A program made the position numbers and the translations under genes. Under the pieces are notes generated by a model. It worked only from the letters and a program-made list of their open reading frames with translations, was not told the DNA's origin and did no database searches. Shown one piece after another: positions 1-10,628 of a DNA stretch of 64,000 nucleotides. Numbering within the stretch: the stretch's first letter is position 1; each line of letters begins with the position of its first letter. The stretch is from Gammaproteobacteria bacterium (lineage in GTDB: Bacteria > Pseudomonadota > Gammaproteobacteria > JAJFJF01): contig JAJFJF010000018.1 in the NCBI GenBank assembly GCA_021774255.1, positions 17,729-81,728 on the forward strand, read 5' to 3'.

Positions 1-558
1 TTTTTAAAGATCTTCTTGCTAACCCTTTCCCCTTGCCGAAAAAAAATACTTGAACAAATACAGGCGGAGCTTGAGGCACAAATTAATAAAGCCATGGCAT
101 TGGGCGTCAAGCCTTCTCATCTTGATGGGCATCATCATATTCACATGATACCGCCTATTTTCAAAATGGTGACGCAACTTGCCAAAAAATACGCTATTCC
201 TAGGGTACGCTGTGTGAACGAAAATTTGCGGACAACCCTTCGCGTAACACGCACCGGGAGAAGCCTATTGACTCCCAACGCTATTAAGTGGCTAGTGTTG
301 CGCTTATTTCGACAACGCAATGCCTCTGCGGCTTCGCCCTATTTTTTTAGTATTTTATACAGCTGCAAAATACGTCCGTCAGACATAGTCAATTTGAGCA
401 AAATAAAATCGCCGTGTGTTGAAATCATGTTGCACCCAGGCAACCCAGCCATCGATCGCACGGCCATGCTGGATGAAAAAGAGAAAAAACACCTGCTATC
501 AAAATACCGCACATTAGAACTCGAAACAGCGCGCAAATTAAAAGGGCTCCTCCATTGA
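1..558 (+). CDS. YdjC/ChbG-family carbohydrate deacetylase (5' truncated by window edge)
   Basis: Frame is open from base 1. Motifs QI-x-KA-x3-G-x2-PSHLDGHHHIH and EIMLHPG are typical of the YdjC/ChbG/HpnK family. Confidence 0.8.
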   Translation, partial: FLKIFLLTLSPCRKKILEQIQAELEAQINKAMALGVKPSHLDGHHHIHMIPPIFKMVTQLAKKYAIPRVRCVNENLRTTLRVTRTGRSLLTPNAIKWLVLRLFRQRNASAASPYFFSILYSCKIRPSDIVNLSKIKSPCVEIMLHPGNPAIDRTAMLDEKEKKHLLSKYRTLELETARKLKGLLH

Positions 559-1517
559 AGACCTTGCCCATTGATTTGCAAAAATGGGAGGCAGTATGCA
601 AAAACGCGTACCAACTCGATCAATGCCCCCTCATCGCAGGCGGGCTTAGCGCACAACTCTTTTTATCACCCACGCGCCGAAACAGCCCCTACGCGAGCAC
701 CGCGCCTTATCTGACAGACGGCGGCCTCACTCAAGTGGATAAGCATATTGACGTCAACGCATTTTCAACGGCCCTTCATGATTTTATCCAACATCATAAG
801 GCAAAATACGTCTTGCTGAAAACGCGCACAAACTACTTTGAGGGCACGCCGAAAACAAAGATCGATAAGCAATACCGCACGTTTGGTATCGACTTGAAAC
901 AAGGCGCCCAACACTTATGGGAAAACGTCATACACAAAACCAACCGCACACAAATTAGAAAAGCATGGCGGCTTAATCCTGAAATCAAATCGGGTGGCAT
1001 AGAACGGGTTGATGATTTTTATGCGGTGTTTTCAAGAACACAGCGCGAACTCGGCACCCCTGTTCACAGCAGGGACTTCTTCAACGCCATCCTGGCTTCT
1101 TTTGGCACTTCCGCAACCATCTTCATTGGGTATTTGGGCGGCAAGCCTGTCTCTGCGTTTTTAGCAGTGCAGCACGGCACCTCCGTCCATCAACCCTACT
1201 CTGGCACGCTCAAACAATACCGATCAACTTGCATCAGTAGCGCTGTTTTTTGGGAGTCGCTTCAATATGCCTGTGAACATCAAGCAGACTATATGGATAT
1301 TGGGAGGAGCCCCCTGACCTCCGGCTCATGTGCTTATAAAACATCATGGGGGGCAGAGGCCATTGCGCTTTACTACACTTATTTCTTAAAAGAAGCTGGC
1401 AGTAAGCCTTTTGATCAACAGAGCCCTCTGATCGCACTTGCCACCACGTCGTGGAAAAAGATCCCGCTTCCTCTCACTCAGTTTTTGGGGCCGCATTTCA
1501 TCAAATACATACTATGA
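555..1517 (+). CDS. FemAB-like GNAT-family acyl/aminoacyl transferase
   Basis: RTQIRKA, FYAVF..TQRELGTPVHSRDFF and DIGRS..SG..AYKTSWGA match FemAB-related GNAT proteins of polysaccharide loci. Overlaps the upstream stop. Confidence 0.75.
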   Translation: MKTLPIDLQKWEAVCKNAYQLDQCPLIAGGLSAQLFLSPTRRNSPYASTAPYLTDGGLTQVDKHIDVNAFSTALHDFIQHHKAKYVLLKTRTNYFEGTPKTKIDKQYRTFGIDLKQGAQHLWENVIHKTNRTQIRKAWRLNPEIKSGGIERVDDFYAVFSRTQRELGTPVHSRDFFNAILASFGTSATIFIGYLGGKPVSAFLAVQHGTSVHQPYSGTLKQYRSTCISSAVFWESLQYACEHQADYMDIGRSPLTSGSCAYKTSWGAEAIALYYTYFLKEAGSKPFDQQSPLIALATTSWKKIPLPLTQFLGPHFIKYIL

Positions 1518-3140
1518 TCGATAAAACCGGCCATATCGCGTCTCTTGGAAAATTTCTCTATCCTGAAACTGATGTTTGAATAAATCATTTTGATAAATAA
1601 CCACTTTCACGTCATCGCAAAAAAATGCGGCATCCGGCTCCCCAAATCTTTCCTGAAGCCTTTTTTCGCTTACCTCTCCAGAGATAATAGCAAAATCAAA
1701 TTCCCTGTTCTCATAATTAGGGAATGAAAATAATCCACCTGGCAGAAAATCACCCAGCACATGCCCAACAAATAAATTTTCTCGAGACAAAAAATAATAA
1801 GGCCTTGCTTCAAAAAAACCGGCGATGCCATTATGCAGATCATATTTTATGGCATGTTGATCTAGACACGCGACCAAAGCAGGATAGGGTGACTTCAAGT
1901 GACGCAGTGATTTAATGTTTTTCATCTCACTTAACGGCATGAGCAACATGCACACCACAACAAAAGCCACGGCTATCGGCTTCACTTCTATTTTTTTGAC
2001 AAGCAAAACATGATAAAGCAGAACAGGCCAGCCAATGCACACAGGCAAAACTAATAAGGGCAGCATGTATCGAGAGCTGCCCGGCCGCATAAAATTTCCT
2101 AACAATGATACGGCGGCCACATTGACAAGAAAGACCGCAAAATAAAAAACAAACAGAAACAGTATTTTTTCATCTTGTGGTTTTGATTGGCAATAAGCTT
2201 TTATTACCCAGCAACCCGCGAGAAAATAAGAAACCAATATGGCAGAATAAAAGGGATCTGTGATGACAAAATCAGACGCCAGCCGGTAAATGTTTATAAG
2301 ATATCTATTAATATGCCAATTTTCTTCCATCAACACATAAAATTGGTTTGGGCCGCTGCTTGCATGAAACAACATCACATTGATGGCCACCCCTAAAACA
2401 CAGGCACCCATTAACGCGCCCAACAGCAGCAAACCAGATCGCCGCGAGAGACGATTGCTCATCGTCAAAAGGCCTACGCAAATAAGCATCGGCACAATAA
2501 ACTGCACAATATAGAGAAAATCAGACAAAATTGTCAGCGTGGAGATAACAAAAAGGAGCACGCTATACCCTACTACTTTAGCCTGCGACACATTTTTGAA
2601 TGCCCGAACAGTGACGCCGAGCATAAAAATAAGGATGACTAAACCACTGCCATGAAAGACCGGTAATAAAATAGGATACAGAATATTGTATTCATCGACG
2701 TCCACGTTTTTTGCCAGCACCAGCATTAAAAAAGTGCATCCTAATAAGATACCTGTTTTAACAACATAAGGCGTCTTCCCAAATAAGCTGCTCGCCAGGA
2801 AAAGACTCGCCATCGCCAGCGCGATGACCTGGATGATGCTATAGGCAACTAGCGCACCGTAAGCATTGTTGGTAAAAGCATTTAACAGGAAATAGAGTAT
2901 CGTGTCAGGAAAAAGATAAAGCGAACTGCCCCCCACCCAGTCAAACCAGCTGCCGCCATCCATAACTATATTCTTGTACAGTGCCGGCAGCTGAAAGACA
3001 TCGGCTTGGTAGAGCGGCAGAAACCAAAAATCAGGATTTTGTGAAAGCTTAATGTAAAAGGCAAGCACGGAGGCAAAAAAAACAAGCCACCCCATGAGGT
3101 AGTGTGTTTTTAAACGCGCATCATCATTTCTACCGATCAT
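1512..3140 (-). CDS. Polytopic membrane protein, probable GT-C-fold glycosyltransferase / surface-glycan modifier
   Basis: 542 aa with about 11-13 hydrophobic segments, an N-terminal loop D..QL..LY..I...G.SW..W....S.YLFPD, an SSRY motif and a soluble C-terminal domain. Paralogue of 3182-4849. Confidence 0.55.
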   Translation of the reverse strand: MIGRNDDARLKTHYLMGWLVFFASVLAFYIKLSQNPDFWFLPLYQADVFQLPALYKNIVMDGGSWFDWVGGSSLYLFPDTILYFLLNAFTNNAYGALVAYSIIQVIALAMASLFLASSLFGKTPYVVKTGILLGCTFLMLVLAKNVDVDEYNILYPILLPVFHGSGLVILIFMLGVTVRAFKNVSQAKVVGYSVLLFVISTLTILSDFLYIVQFIVPMLICVGLLTMSNRLSRRSGLLLLGALMGACVLGVAINVMLFHASSGPNQFYVLMEENWHINRYLINIYRLASDFVITDPFYSAILVSYFLAGCWVIKAYCQSKPQDEKILFLFVFYFAVFLVNVAAVSLLGNFMRPGSSRYMLPLLVLPVCIGWPVLLYHVLLVKKIEVKPIAVAFVVVCMLLMPLSEMKNIKSLRHLKSPYPALVACLDQHAIKYDLHNGIAGFFEARPYYFLSRENLFVGHVLGDFLPGGLFSFPNYENREFDFAIISGEVSEKRLQERFGEPDAAFFCDDVKVVIYQNDLFKHQFQDREIFQETRYGRFYRS

Positions 3141-3181
3141 CTTTATCTCTTCACTTTATTTGTCATCCTAACGGCAACACA

Positions 3182-4849
3182 TCAGGACCGATAGAATTTG
3201 CCGTATTGCGTCTCTTGAAACACTTCCCCATATAGAAACATATGCTTAAACGCATTGTCTTCGTAGGTTAATATTTTTATATCTTCACAAGAAAAAACAT
3301 TTTTTGGCTCGCCAAATTTTTCGACGATCTTCTCCTCAGTCAAATAATGCCCGGCAATGATAAAGTCAAATTCTACTTTTTCGTACTCAGGAAAAGAAAA
3401 CAAACCATGTGGAAAAAAATCAGATAACACATGCAATACAGACACATTGTTTTTTGAAAAAAGAGAAAGCGGTTTTGCATAGCAGTAAGGCCCGACGCCT
3501 TGACGGATATTATATTTTTCAGCGAGATCGTCTAGGCATTGTGATACATGAGGATAAGGGCGTTTCATTTCCCCTGATCCTTGCATATTTCTCACTTCAG
3601 CGAGAGGAAGTGCCAGCACGAATATTGCGAGAAAAGCAACAACCCTTCTCTTTTCACCTATTTTTTTTATCCCCGGGAAAAAGTGCAACAACACAGGGGC
3701 GCCGATGCAAACTGGCAGTATCAATAACGGGAAAAAATACCGTGAGCTTGATATCCCGGGGAAAATTTTAGCCCACAGGACAGCGCTGATATTCACCACG
3801 CACAAGATCAATAAAAAGCTTAATAAAAAGATAACCTTTTTGTTAACATCCTCGCGTTTTATGCCTCTTTGATGTCTGTAGTCGCGCGTGATGCATGCCG
3901 CAGAGCATATTAGGAAGAGTAAGGTTACACACGAATAGACAATATAGTCACTGATAAAATTAAGCCCCCAATAACCTAACTTAAAAAAAGTGCGCGTATG
4001 CACCGAAGCCGCATCTAAAACGGTATTTAACACCTCCGCGCCATTCGTTAAATACATCATATTGAGCAACACGCCCAGCACGCACGCTACTGTTAAAATT
4101 GCCGATAGAAAAAACCAACGTTGCCACGTTATCCAGCGGCTGAGCACAAAAAACAACAAGCTCAGCAACACCGGCACAATCCCTTGTACTATATAGATGA
4201 AATCTGACAGCACGGTTAGAAAGGATATGCAAAAAAGCAGGCTAGCAAACCAGATCTTTTTTTGAAGCGTGCGCGCATCCAGCAATCGTATCGTCAGACC
4301 TAAGGCAAATACTAACGACAGTAATGCGCCGAAGTGAAATGCGGGTTTCAGGATGGGAAGAAATACATTATACGTTTCTCCAGATGATATGTGCTGCGCT
4401 AAAATAAGCGTGACCCACATGCACGCAAAAAGTATTCCAAATTTGATAATGCCAGGTGTTTTTTGAAATACGCTGTTAGCAAGAAACTGGAGGCCAATCG
4501 CAAGCAAGATAATTTGAGCCATGCCGTACGCAACTAGCACATCATACATATTGCCAAAGAGGACGCCTAACAGGAAAAACAAGGCCGCATCAGGAAAGAG
4601 ATAAGGTGAGGCGCCCATTATCCAGCCAGACCAGCTGTCACCGTTAATCATGACGCTGTTATATAATCCCGCCAGTTGAAGCGCATCGGGGAAATAATAG
4701 GGCGGTGACATATTAAACCAAAAGCCAGGCGCTTGTAGTAGCTTAATACATAAGATGATGGTTGATGTCAGTAATGCCCCCCAGCCGACCAGGCAAAGTG
4801 CTTTTGAGGGATATGCCTCTTTGCTTGTTTTCCCTAACATTTTCAACAT
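3182..4849 (-). CDS. Polytopic membrane protein, probable GT-C-fold glycosyltransferase (tandem paralogue)
   Basis: 555 aa with the same motifs as the neighbour (SPYLFPD, LTVLSDFIYIVQ, SSRY). C-terminus FQETQYGKFYRS versus FQETRYGRFYRS. Confidence 0.55.
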   Translation of the reverse strand: MLKMLGKTSKEAYPSKALCLVGWGALLTSTIILCIKLLQAPGFWFNMSPPYYFPDALQLAGLYNSVMINGDSWSGWIMGASPYLFPDAALFFLLGVLFGNMYDVLVAYGMAQIILLAIGLQFLANSVFQKTPGIIKFGILFACMWVTLILAQHISSGETYNVFLPILKPAFHFGALLSLVFALGLTIRLLDARTLQKKIWFASLLFCISFLTVLSDFIYIVQGIVPVLLSLLFFVLSRWITWQRWFFLSAILTVACVLGVLLNMMYLTNGAEVLNTVLDAASVHTRTFFKLGYWGLNFISDYIVYSCVTLLFLICSAACITRDYRHQRGIKREDVNKKVIFLLSFLLILCVVNISAVLWAKIFPGISSSRYFFPLLILPVCIGAPVLLHFFPGIKKIGEKRRVVAFLAIFVLALPLAEVRNMQGSGEMKRPYPHVSQCLDDLAEKYNIRQGVGPYCYAKPLSLFSKNNVSVLHVLSDFFPHGLFSFPEYEKVEFDFIIAGHYLTEEKIVEKFGEPKNVFSCEDIKILTYEDNAFKHMFLYGEVFQETQYGKFYRS

Positions 4850-4892
4850 CCTTTCGCCTCTTATACAGGTACTGATATAAACAATCTATTAC

Positions 4893-6386
4893 TTACACGG
4901 GATCTAATTCAACATTTCTGCTGTAGATATCATCAAAGCGCACAATATCATCTTCGCCAAGATAACTGCCCGTTTGCACTTCGATGACAATCAGATCGTG
5001 CTGCCCGACATTACTGAGACGATGCTGACTGCCCGCTGGAATAAAAGTAGACTCTTCTGGGCCCATCACAAACGTTTCTTTACCTTTTATCACTTCTGCT
5101 TGCCCGGCAATCACCACCCAATGCTCGCTGCGGTGCTGATGCTTTTGCAGTGATAGCCGACCGCCGGGCTTAACCACGATGCGCTTGATTTTAAAATGAC
5201 AGCCTTGCTCTAATACCGTGTATTCCCCCCATGGACGATACGCGGTATTGCCAATCTGATGTGAAGGATGGTTTTTTGCTTTTAATGCCTCAACCACTTG
5301 CTTAACCTGTTGTGATTGATCACGATGACTCACCAATAACGCATCATCTGTATTGACAATAATTAAGTCTTCCACACCCACTGCCGCAACCATTTTATTT
5401 TTGCTTCGCACGTAATTATTTTTGGCATCAACAAATAAAACATCTCCCTGCGAGGCGTTTCCTGCGTCGTCTTGTGACGTGAGCCTACTCACCGCTTGCC
5501 AGCAGCCAATATCTTGCCAACTGAAGTGGGCAGGCACGACAACAACATTCTCTGCTTTTTCCATCACGGCATAATCGATCGATGTGGCGGGGATATTATT
5601 AAAATGCTGCGCATCAAAATTAATTTTATTTGCTTGCTGCGCGGAGGTATGGCTGGCATCCCAACAACGACATGCTTGCTGGTATATTTCTGGCGCAAGC
5701 TTCTCTAACGCCAATAATATACTGCCCGCTGTAAAACAGAATAAACCTGCATTCCAAAGATAATGACCTTTTTCTAAAAAATCGGTTGCTTGCGCAAGCG
5801 ATGGCTTTTCTTTGAAAGCTGTCACGGCAAAAGCATGCTGCTCACCGCTGCCTGCCATGGGCATGGCCTGATCATATTCAACATAACCATAACCCGTTGC
5901 CGGGCTATCCGGTCTAATACCAAACACGACCAAATGCCCTTGCGCAGCCAAAGCTGCCGCACACGCCACATCTGCATGCAGTGCGGCGGTGTCTTCAATA
6001 AGATGATCGGCCGGCAATACCAACATCACCGCATCGTCACCCTGTTCGGCGCGTACCGCCAGCGCGGCCAACGCAATGGCGGCGCCGGTGTTACGCCCGT
6101 TGGGTTCGAGCAAAAATTTAAATTTCTCAAGATCGGGATGATCTAGCTTCTTAATTTCATCGATGCTTTTAAAATAATAATCACGATTTGTGACGGTAAA
6201 AATGGGCGCGTCTGGCGCCAATTGTGCCGCGTGACAATAGGCTTGTTGCAGTAGCGACTCATCTCTCGCCCCCACAGGCATAAAGGGCTTGGGGTGTGAT
6301 TGACGTGAGAGGGGCCATAAGCGGGTACCTGCCCCGCCCGAGAGGATCACAGGAATAACAGGGTGCGTGTGGGTATCTTTCGACAT
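4893..6386 (-). CDS. manC: Mannose-1-phosphate guanylyltransferase / mannose-6-phosphate isomerase
   Basis: PVILSGGAGTRLWPLSR..PKPF, EP.GRNT and SIDYAVMEK, plus a C-terminal cupin (RPWG..LSLQKHQHRSEHW). ATG at 6386 preferred over TTG at 6410. Confidence 0.95.
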   Translation of the reverse strand: MSKDTHTHPVIPVILSGGAGTRLWPLSRQSHPKPFMPVGARDESLLQQAYCHAAQLAPDAPIFTVTNRDYYFKSIDEIKKLDHPDLEKFKFLLEPNGRNTGAAIALAALAVRAEQGDDAVMLVLPADHLIEDTAALHADVACAAALAAQGHLVVFGIRPDSPATGYGYVEYDQAMPMAGSGEQHAFAVTAFKEKPSLAQATDFLEKGHYLWNAGLFCFTAGSILLALEKLAPEIYQQACRCWDASHTSAQQANKINFDAQHFNNIPATSIDYAVMEKAENVVVVPAHFSWQDIGCWQAVSRLTSQDDAGNASQGDVLFVDAKNNYVRSKNKMVAAVGVEDLIIVNTDDALLVSHRDQSQQVKQVVEALKAKNHPSHQIGNTAYRPWGEYTVLEQGCHFKIKRIVVKPGGRLSLQKHQHRSEHWVVIAGQAEVIKGKETFVMGPEESTFIPAGSQHRLSNVGQHDLIVIEVQTGSYLGEDDIVRFDDIYSRNVELDPV

Positions 6387-6437
6387 TAAATTACCGGTGG
6401 CCGTCTTCAAAATGAATGCATTATACTTGATATTGGC

Positions 6438-7280
6438 TCATGACTGAAATAGTGCCAACAGCTCTGCTGCTTTGCCGCGTTTGCCCCCTTTGCAGCTAAT
6501 CATACGTTGCACTGGGAAAGTTTTAATCTCCGCACCTTGATAAATTTCTTTTGTAAACAGTGTGTTATGGTTAGACAATAAAACAGGCACCCCGCGCCCG
6601 CTTAAACGGGTTGCAAGCGCTGCCAAGGCCTCTTGGTCTGCTTTATCAAAGTTATCGGGGCTATATTTTCTGAAACTGGCTGTTTGGCTTAAGGGCACAT
6701 AAGGCGGATCACCGTAGATCACATCCCCTTTTCGCGCCTTTTTCATGACGGTTTTGAAATCTTGGCAGGTAAACGTCGCATTTTGCGCCTGCTGATGAAA
6801 TTGCCGCATGCTTTCAGCCGGGAAGCTGGGGTGCTGATATCGTCCAAATGGCGTATTAAATTCCCGCTTACTCGCATTGTAACGGCATAACCCATTGTAG
6901 CCGTGTCGGTTTAAATAGATGAACAGCGCTGCTTTCTCAGCCACATCACTGCTCGTATTAAATTGATCGCGCAAGCGGTAATACTGCTTTTCTTGATTGT
7001 TTTTGGGTGTAAAAAAGGGTTGGCAGAAAGCAATAAAATCCTCGCCTTCGCGCTGCAATAATTGATAGAGGTTGATTAAATCAGGATTAATATCATTCAG
7101 GATATACCGATCGTAATCGGTGTTTAAAAAAACAGCGCCGGAACCCACAAACGGTTCGATCAAGCGTTTGCCTTTTGGTAACACTGAATGAATGTGATCC
7201 AGCACACGTGATTTTCCACCGGCCCACTTTAAAAAAGGACGCACGCGCACCAAAGAAGCGTTAGCTATTTTTTTCGACAC
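6438..7280 (-). CDS. dam: DNA adenine methyltransferase Dam (D12 class)
   Basis: PFLKWAGGK, EPFVGSGAVF, YLNRHGYNGLCRYN and DPPY motifs. Confidence 0.93.
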   Translation of the reverse strand: MSKKIANASLVRVRPFLKWAGGKSRVLDHIHSVLPKGKRLIEPFVGSGAVFLNTDYDRYILNDINPDLINLYQLLQREGEDFIAFCQPFFTPKNNQEKQYYRLRDQFNTSSDVAEKAALFIYLNRHGYNGLCRYNASKREFNTPFGRYQHPSFPAESMRQFHQQAQNATFTCQDFKTVMKKARKGDVIYGDPPYVPLSQTASFRKYSPDNFDKADQEALAALATRLSGRGVPVLLSNHNTLFTKEIYQGAEIKTFPVQRMISCKGGKRGKAAELLALFQS

Positions 7281-7818
7281 GCCATAATCCGTATTTTACC
7301 TCGCCTGATTGCTTCTCACGTAACAATGTCCAACCGGGTTCGCTTGGCCATGCCGTGAGATGGCTTTCCGCTTCCATATAAATCAGTGCCTTTTTTTTCA
7401 GCCAAGGGCTTAATTTTTCACAACAGGATGCCAAGCTATTTTTCTGAAAAGGCGGATCAAGAAAAATAATATCAAACTGCTGCGTGGGCGTCTGCGTTAA
7501 CCAATGTGGCAACGCTGCGCAGATCACTTCTGCACTGGCGGCTTGTAACGTTTCACGGTTATCACGCAAAGCATCCGCCACTTGCGGTGAGCTATCTACA
7601 AACACACATGTTTTGGCACCACGCGACAGTGCTTCAAAGCCGAGCGCCCCGCTGCCGGCGAATAAATCTAAGCAGGTGCTGCCTGCTATCTTCGGGGCCA
7701 ACCAGTTAAACAGCGTTTCGCGAATACGATCGGGCGTGGGGCGAAGCATCGCAACCGCCGGAAACGTCAGACGGCGACTCCGCCACTGTCCACCAATAAT
7801 GCGAACCTGATTGCGCAC
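7261..7818 (-). CDS. rsmD: 16S rRNA m2G966 methyltransferase
   Basis: VRIIGGQWRSR, LRPTPDRIRETLFNWL, LDLFAGSGALG and DPPF. GTG at 7818 follows a GAGGG RBS (the ORF track starts at 7845). Confidence 0.93.
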   Translation of the reverse strand: MRNQVRIIGGQWRSRRLTFPAVAMLRPTPDRIRETLFNWLAPKIAGSTCLDLFAGSGALGFEALSRGAKTCVFVDSSPQVADALRDNRETLQAASAEVICAALPHWLTQTPTQQFDIIFLDPPFQKNSLASCCEKLSPWLKKKALIYMEAESHLTAWPSEPGWTLLREKQSGEVKYGLWRVEKNS

Positions 7819-7822
7819 ACCC

Positions 7823-9199
7823 TCAACCTTGTGCGGCAATATCACCCACCTGGATCACTTGTAACCTTTCAGGCACGATCACCTTATTAAAAGCCGCTTG
7901 AATATCGTCGGCCGAAACCGCATCAATATTGTCAGTGAAGGTGACCAAATAATCTAAGGGCAAATCAAAAAACCCAATCAAGGCCAGTTGATTCACAATG
8001 GCCTGATTGCTGCCTAAGCGTAATGGAAAACTGCCTATTAAATTTGATTTTGCCATGGCAAGCTCATCTTCCGTCGGTCCTTCAAGGGTAAACTGTGCCA
8101 AGGTGTCTTGCAGTACCGCCAATGCTTCTGGCGCCTGATCGGCGCGCGTTTGCAAGCCCATCATAAAAGGGCCTGCCTGTTGCATGGGCGACAAGCTGCT
8201 ATAAACACTATACGCTAAGCCGCGCTGCTCTCGCACCTCATTAAACAATTTCGACACCAGCGCACCACCGCCTAAAATATGGTTACCCACATAAAGCGGG
8301 AAGTAATCTGGGTCGCCTTGGGCAATGGTGGGCAAACCCACTAATACATGCGTTTGTGTTGCGGGATACTGTATTTGCAACAAGCTTTCTTCAACATTTC
8401 CGATCACGTCTGGCAAAGGTGCCGCCGGCTTGCCCGCCGGAAGAGATCCCATCAAGGTATCCGCTATTTTTTTAGCTTGTCTCTCCGTTAAGTCGCCAAC
8501 AACCGCCACCACCGCATTGCTTCCTACATAATACTGTGAGTGAAAGGCGGCCAAATCGTCAGGCGTTAAGGCTTCCACGGTCGGCGTGTCACCCAGCACA
8601 GAATGTGCATACGGATGTTCGCCATACAGCGCTTGGTAAAAGTGCTTGTTGGCAATGCTCCCTGGGCGCTCTTGCTCACGTGCAATCGCGGCTAATTGCC
8701 GACCTTGTTCACGTGAAAACGCCCGCGGTGGAAACGCCGGCCCACTCATCACCTCTGCAAATAATGTTAACGCAGGCTCCAATTGCCGCCGCGTCGTTAA
8801 ACTGCGCAAACTTAATATTGCCATGTCTCGCCCGACTTGCTGTGAGAAAACAGCACCGACATTTTCAAATTGTTCGGCAATTTGATCGGCATTCAGCTTT
8901 GCCGTGCCTTCGCTTAACATAGAATTTGTCAGTAAGGCCAAGCCATTTTGATTCCCGTCGCGGGCCGCACCCGCATCAAACACGACTTGAATGTCAACCA
9001 TGGGCAACTCGGGTACCTGCGCAAAATAAACTTGCGCACCCTTTTTAGTGACCCAATGTTCAATTGCCACTTCAAAAAGGGCGTCTGTTTTGTTGTCATT
9101 GTTTGACTGTAATGCTGCTTTCAGAAAAAGCAGCACCGCGGCGATAGCAACGACAATAATAATGGTGACAATTGTTTTACGCATCGGCATGCTCCTCAT
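7823..9199 (-). CDS. M16 (pitrilysin) family peptidase, non-catalytic subunit
   Basis: M16 features (GLALLTNSMLSEGT, EVREQRGLAYSV) but no HxxEH. N-terminal membrane anchor. Confidence 0.85.
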   Translation of the reverse strand: MRSMPMRKTIVTIIIVVAIAAVLLFLKAALQSNNDNKTDALFEVAIEHWVTKKGAQVYFAQVPELPMVDIQVVFDAGAARDGNQNGLALLTNSMLSEGTAKLNADQIAEQFENVGAVFSQQVGRDMAILSLRSLTTRRQLEPALTLFAEVMSGPAFPPRAFSREQGRQLAAIAREQERPGSIANKHFYQALYGEHPYAHSVLGDTPTVEALTPDDLAAFHSQYYVGSNAVVAVVGDLTERQAKKIADTLMGSLPAGKPAAPLPDVIGNVEESLLQIQYPATQTHVLVGLPTIAQGDPDYFPLYVGNHILGGGALVSKLFNEVREQRGLAYSVYSSLSPMQQAGPFMMGLQTRADQAPEALAVLQDTLAQFTLEGPTEDELAMAKSNLIGSFPLRLGSNQAIVNQLALIGFFDLPLDYLVTFTDNIDAVSADDIQAAFNKVIVPERLQVIQVGDIAAQG

Positions 9200-10607
9200 T
9201 GATAGCTAACGGCTCTAATTCTGCCACTGTTAATCGCGGTGCCGTTAAATATTTTTTCGCCACAGCCTGCACTTGTTGTGGTGTGACTTGTTTAATATAA
9301 ATTAAATAGTCATCCATTAATTGCCAAGGCAAGCCCACGCTTTCTAAGCTACCAATTAAATAGGCTTGATAACTAATAGAATCTTGTGCGTAGATCTGTT
9401 CTGCCGTCATTTGTGTGATGACGCGTTCTAGTTCGCTTTTAGAAATAGGTTTAGCTTGCACACGCGCAATTTCTGCCATCAACGCTTGCTCCACTTCTTC
9501 CACACTATGACCTTGTGCCGGTGTGGCGCTCAACATAAATTGCGTGCCGAGCCGCATAAACGGATCGTACGACGCCGATACTTGGGTCACGATGCCTTGA
9601 TCGCGCACGACTTCTTTTTGCAGACGGCTGCTTGCGCCCCCCCCTAACACCGCCGCTAACACCGACAACGCATAAGGCTCCGCATCGTCGGCCGCCGTGT
9701 TGATCACCGGCACAGGGTACCCCATTAATAAATAGGGCAATTGCGCTGGCTTTCTCACGGTAATGCGCCGTTCACCTAATATATCAATTTCTTCTTGTGG
9801 CTTGAGCATGCCCAGATCGCCTGCAGGAATATCACCAAAATATTTTTTAGCGAGCCTGTGCATTTTTTTAGGGTCGACATCGCCCACCACAATAATAATG
9901 GCATTGTTGGGGGCATACCATTTTTTATACCATCTTTCGAGATCGGCCTTGGTCATATGCTCCAGATCATTCATCCAACCGATAGGCAAGTGATGATAAG
10001 GGCCACTTAAAAACGCCGTGGCGGAAAATTGTTCGTAGGTGGCGGCTTGTGGATTATCGTCTGTGCGTAACCGACGCTCTTCAATCACGACTTGTCGTTC
10101 TTTTTCAAACGCCGCTTCGTTTAAAATTAAGTGCTGCATGCGATCCGCTTCGAGCTCAAAGCTGAGCGCCACTTGCTGCGCAGCCACATCTTGAAAATAG
10201 CCCGTATAATCTCGCCCAGTGAAGGCATTTTCTTGGCCGCCCTTCATGGCAATTAAACGTGAGAATTCCCCTTCTGGATAGCGCGAGGTACCTTTAAACA
10301 TCATGTGTTCTAAAATATGGGAAATACCGGTAATACCACCGTACTCATAACTTGAACCCACTTTGTACCAAACCTGTGTGGTGGCGATCGGTACGCGATG
10401 ATCGGTTTTAACAAATAGCTGTAAGCCATTATCCAGCGTGTAGCTATGCACGTCAGCCCATGCGGGCAACGACAGCATCACGCACAATAATCCAGCGAGT
10501 GCTGCTCTACCTTTATAAAATCTGATATGATGTTTTTGCATATTTTTCCTTAATGCTTCCTCATTACGCATCGATGCGAGCTTAACAATACCCTCACAAC
10601 CAATCAA
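9177..10607 (-). CDS. M16 family zinc peptidase, catalytic subunit
   Basis: GISHILEHMMFKG (HxxEH), NAFT and EERR motifs, with a signal-peptide-like segment. True start may be the ATG at 10541. Confidence 0.9.
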   Translation of the reverse strand: MIGCEGIVKLASMRNEEALRKNMQKHHIRFYKGRAALAGLLCVMLSLPAWADVHSYTLDNGLQLFVKTDHRVPIATTQVWYKVGSSYEYGGITGISHILEHMMFKGTSRYPEGEFSRLIAMKGGQENAFTGRDYTGYFQDVAAQQVALSFELEADRMQHLILNEAAFEKERQVVIEERRLRTDDNPQAATYEQFSATAFLSGPYHHLPIGWMNDLEHMTKADLERWYKKWYAPNNAIIIVVGDVDPKKMHRLAKKYFGDIPAGDLGMLKPQEEIDILGERRITVRKPAQLPYLLMGYPVPVINTAADDAEPYALSVLAAVLGGGASSRLQKEVVRDQGIVTQVSASYDPFMRLGTQFMLSATPAQGHSVEEVEQALMAEIARVQAKPISKSELERVITQMTAEQIYAQDSISYQAYLIGSLESVGLPWQLMDDYLIYIKQVTPQQVQAVAKKYLTAPRLTVAELEPLAINEEHADA

Positions 10608-10628
10608 GTTTTGTCACTCATTCAGGCG

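Noticed and set aside
6438-7280. dam as part of a restriction-modification or defence system
   Set aside because: No adjacent endonuclease. The sequence resembles the orphan housekeeping Dam.
7823-9199. Pseudogene call for the M16 protein lacking HxxEH
   Set aside because: The ORF is intact, and catalytic/non-catalytic M16B pairs are well established.
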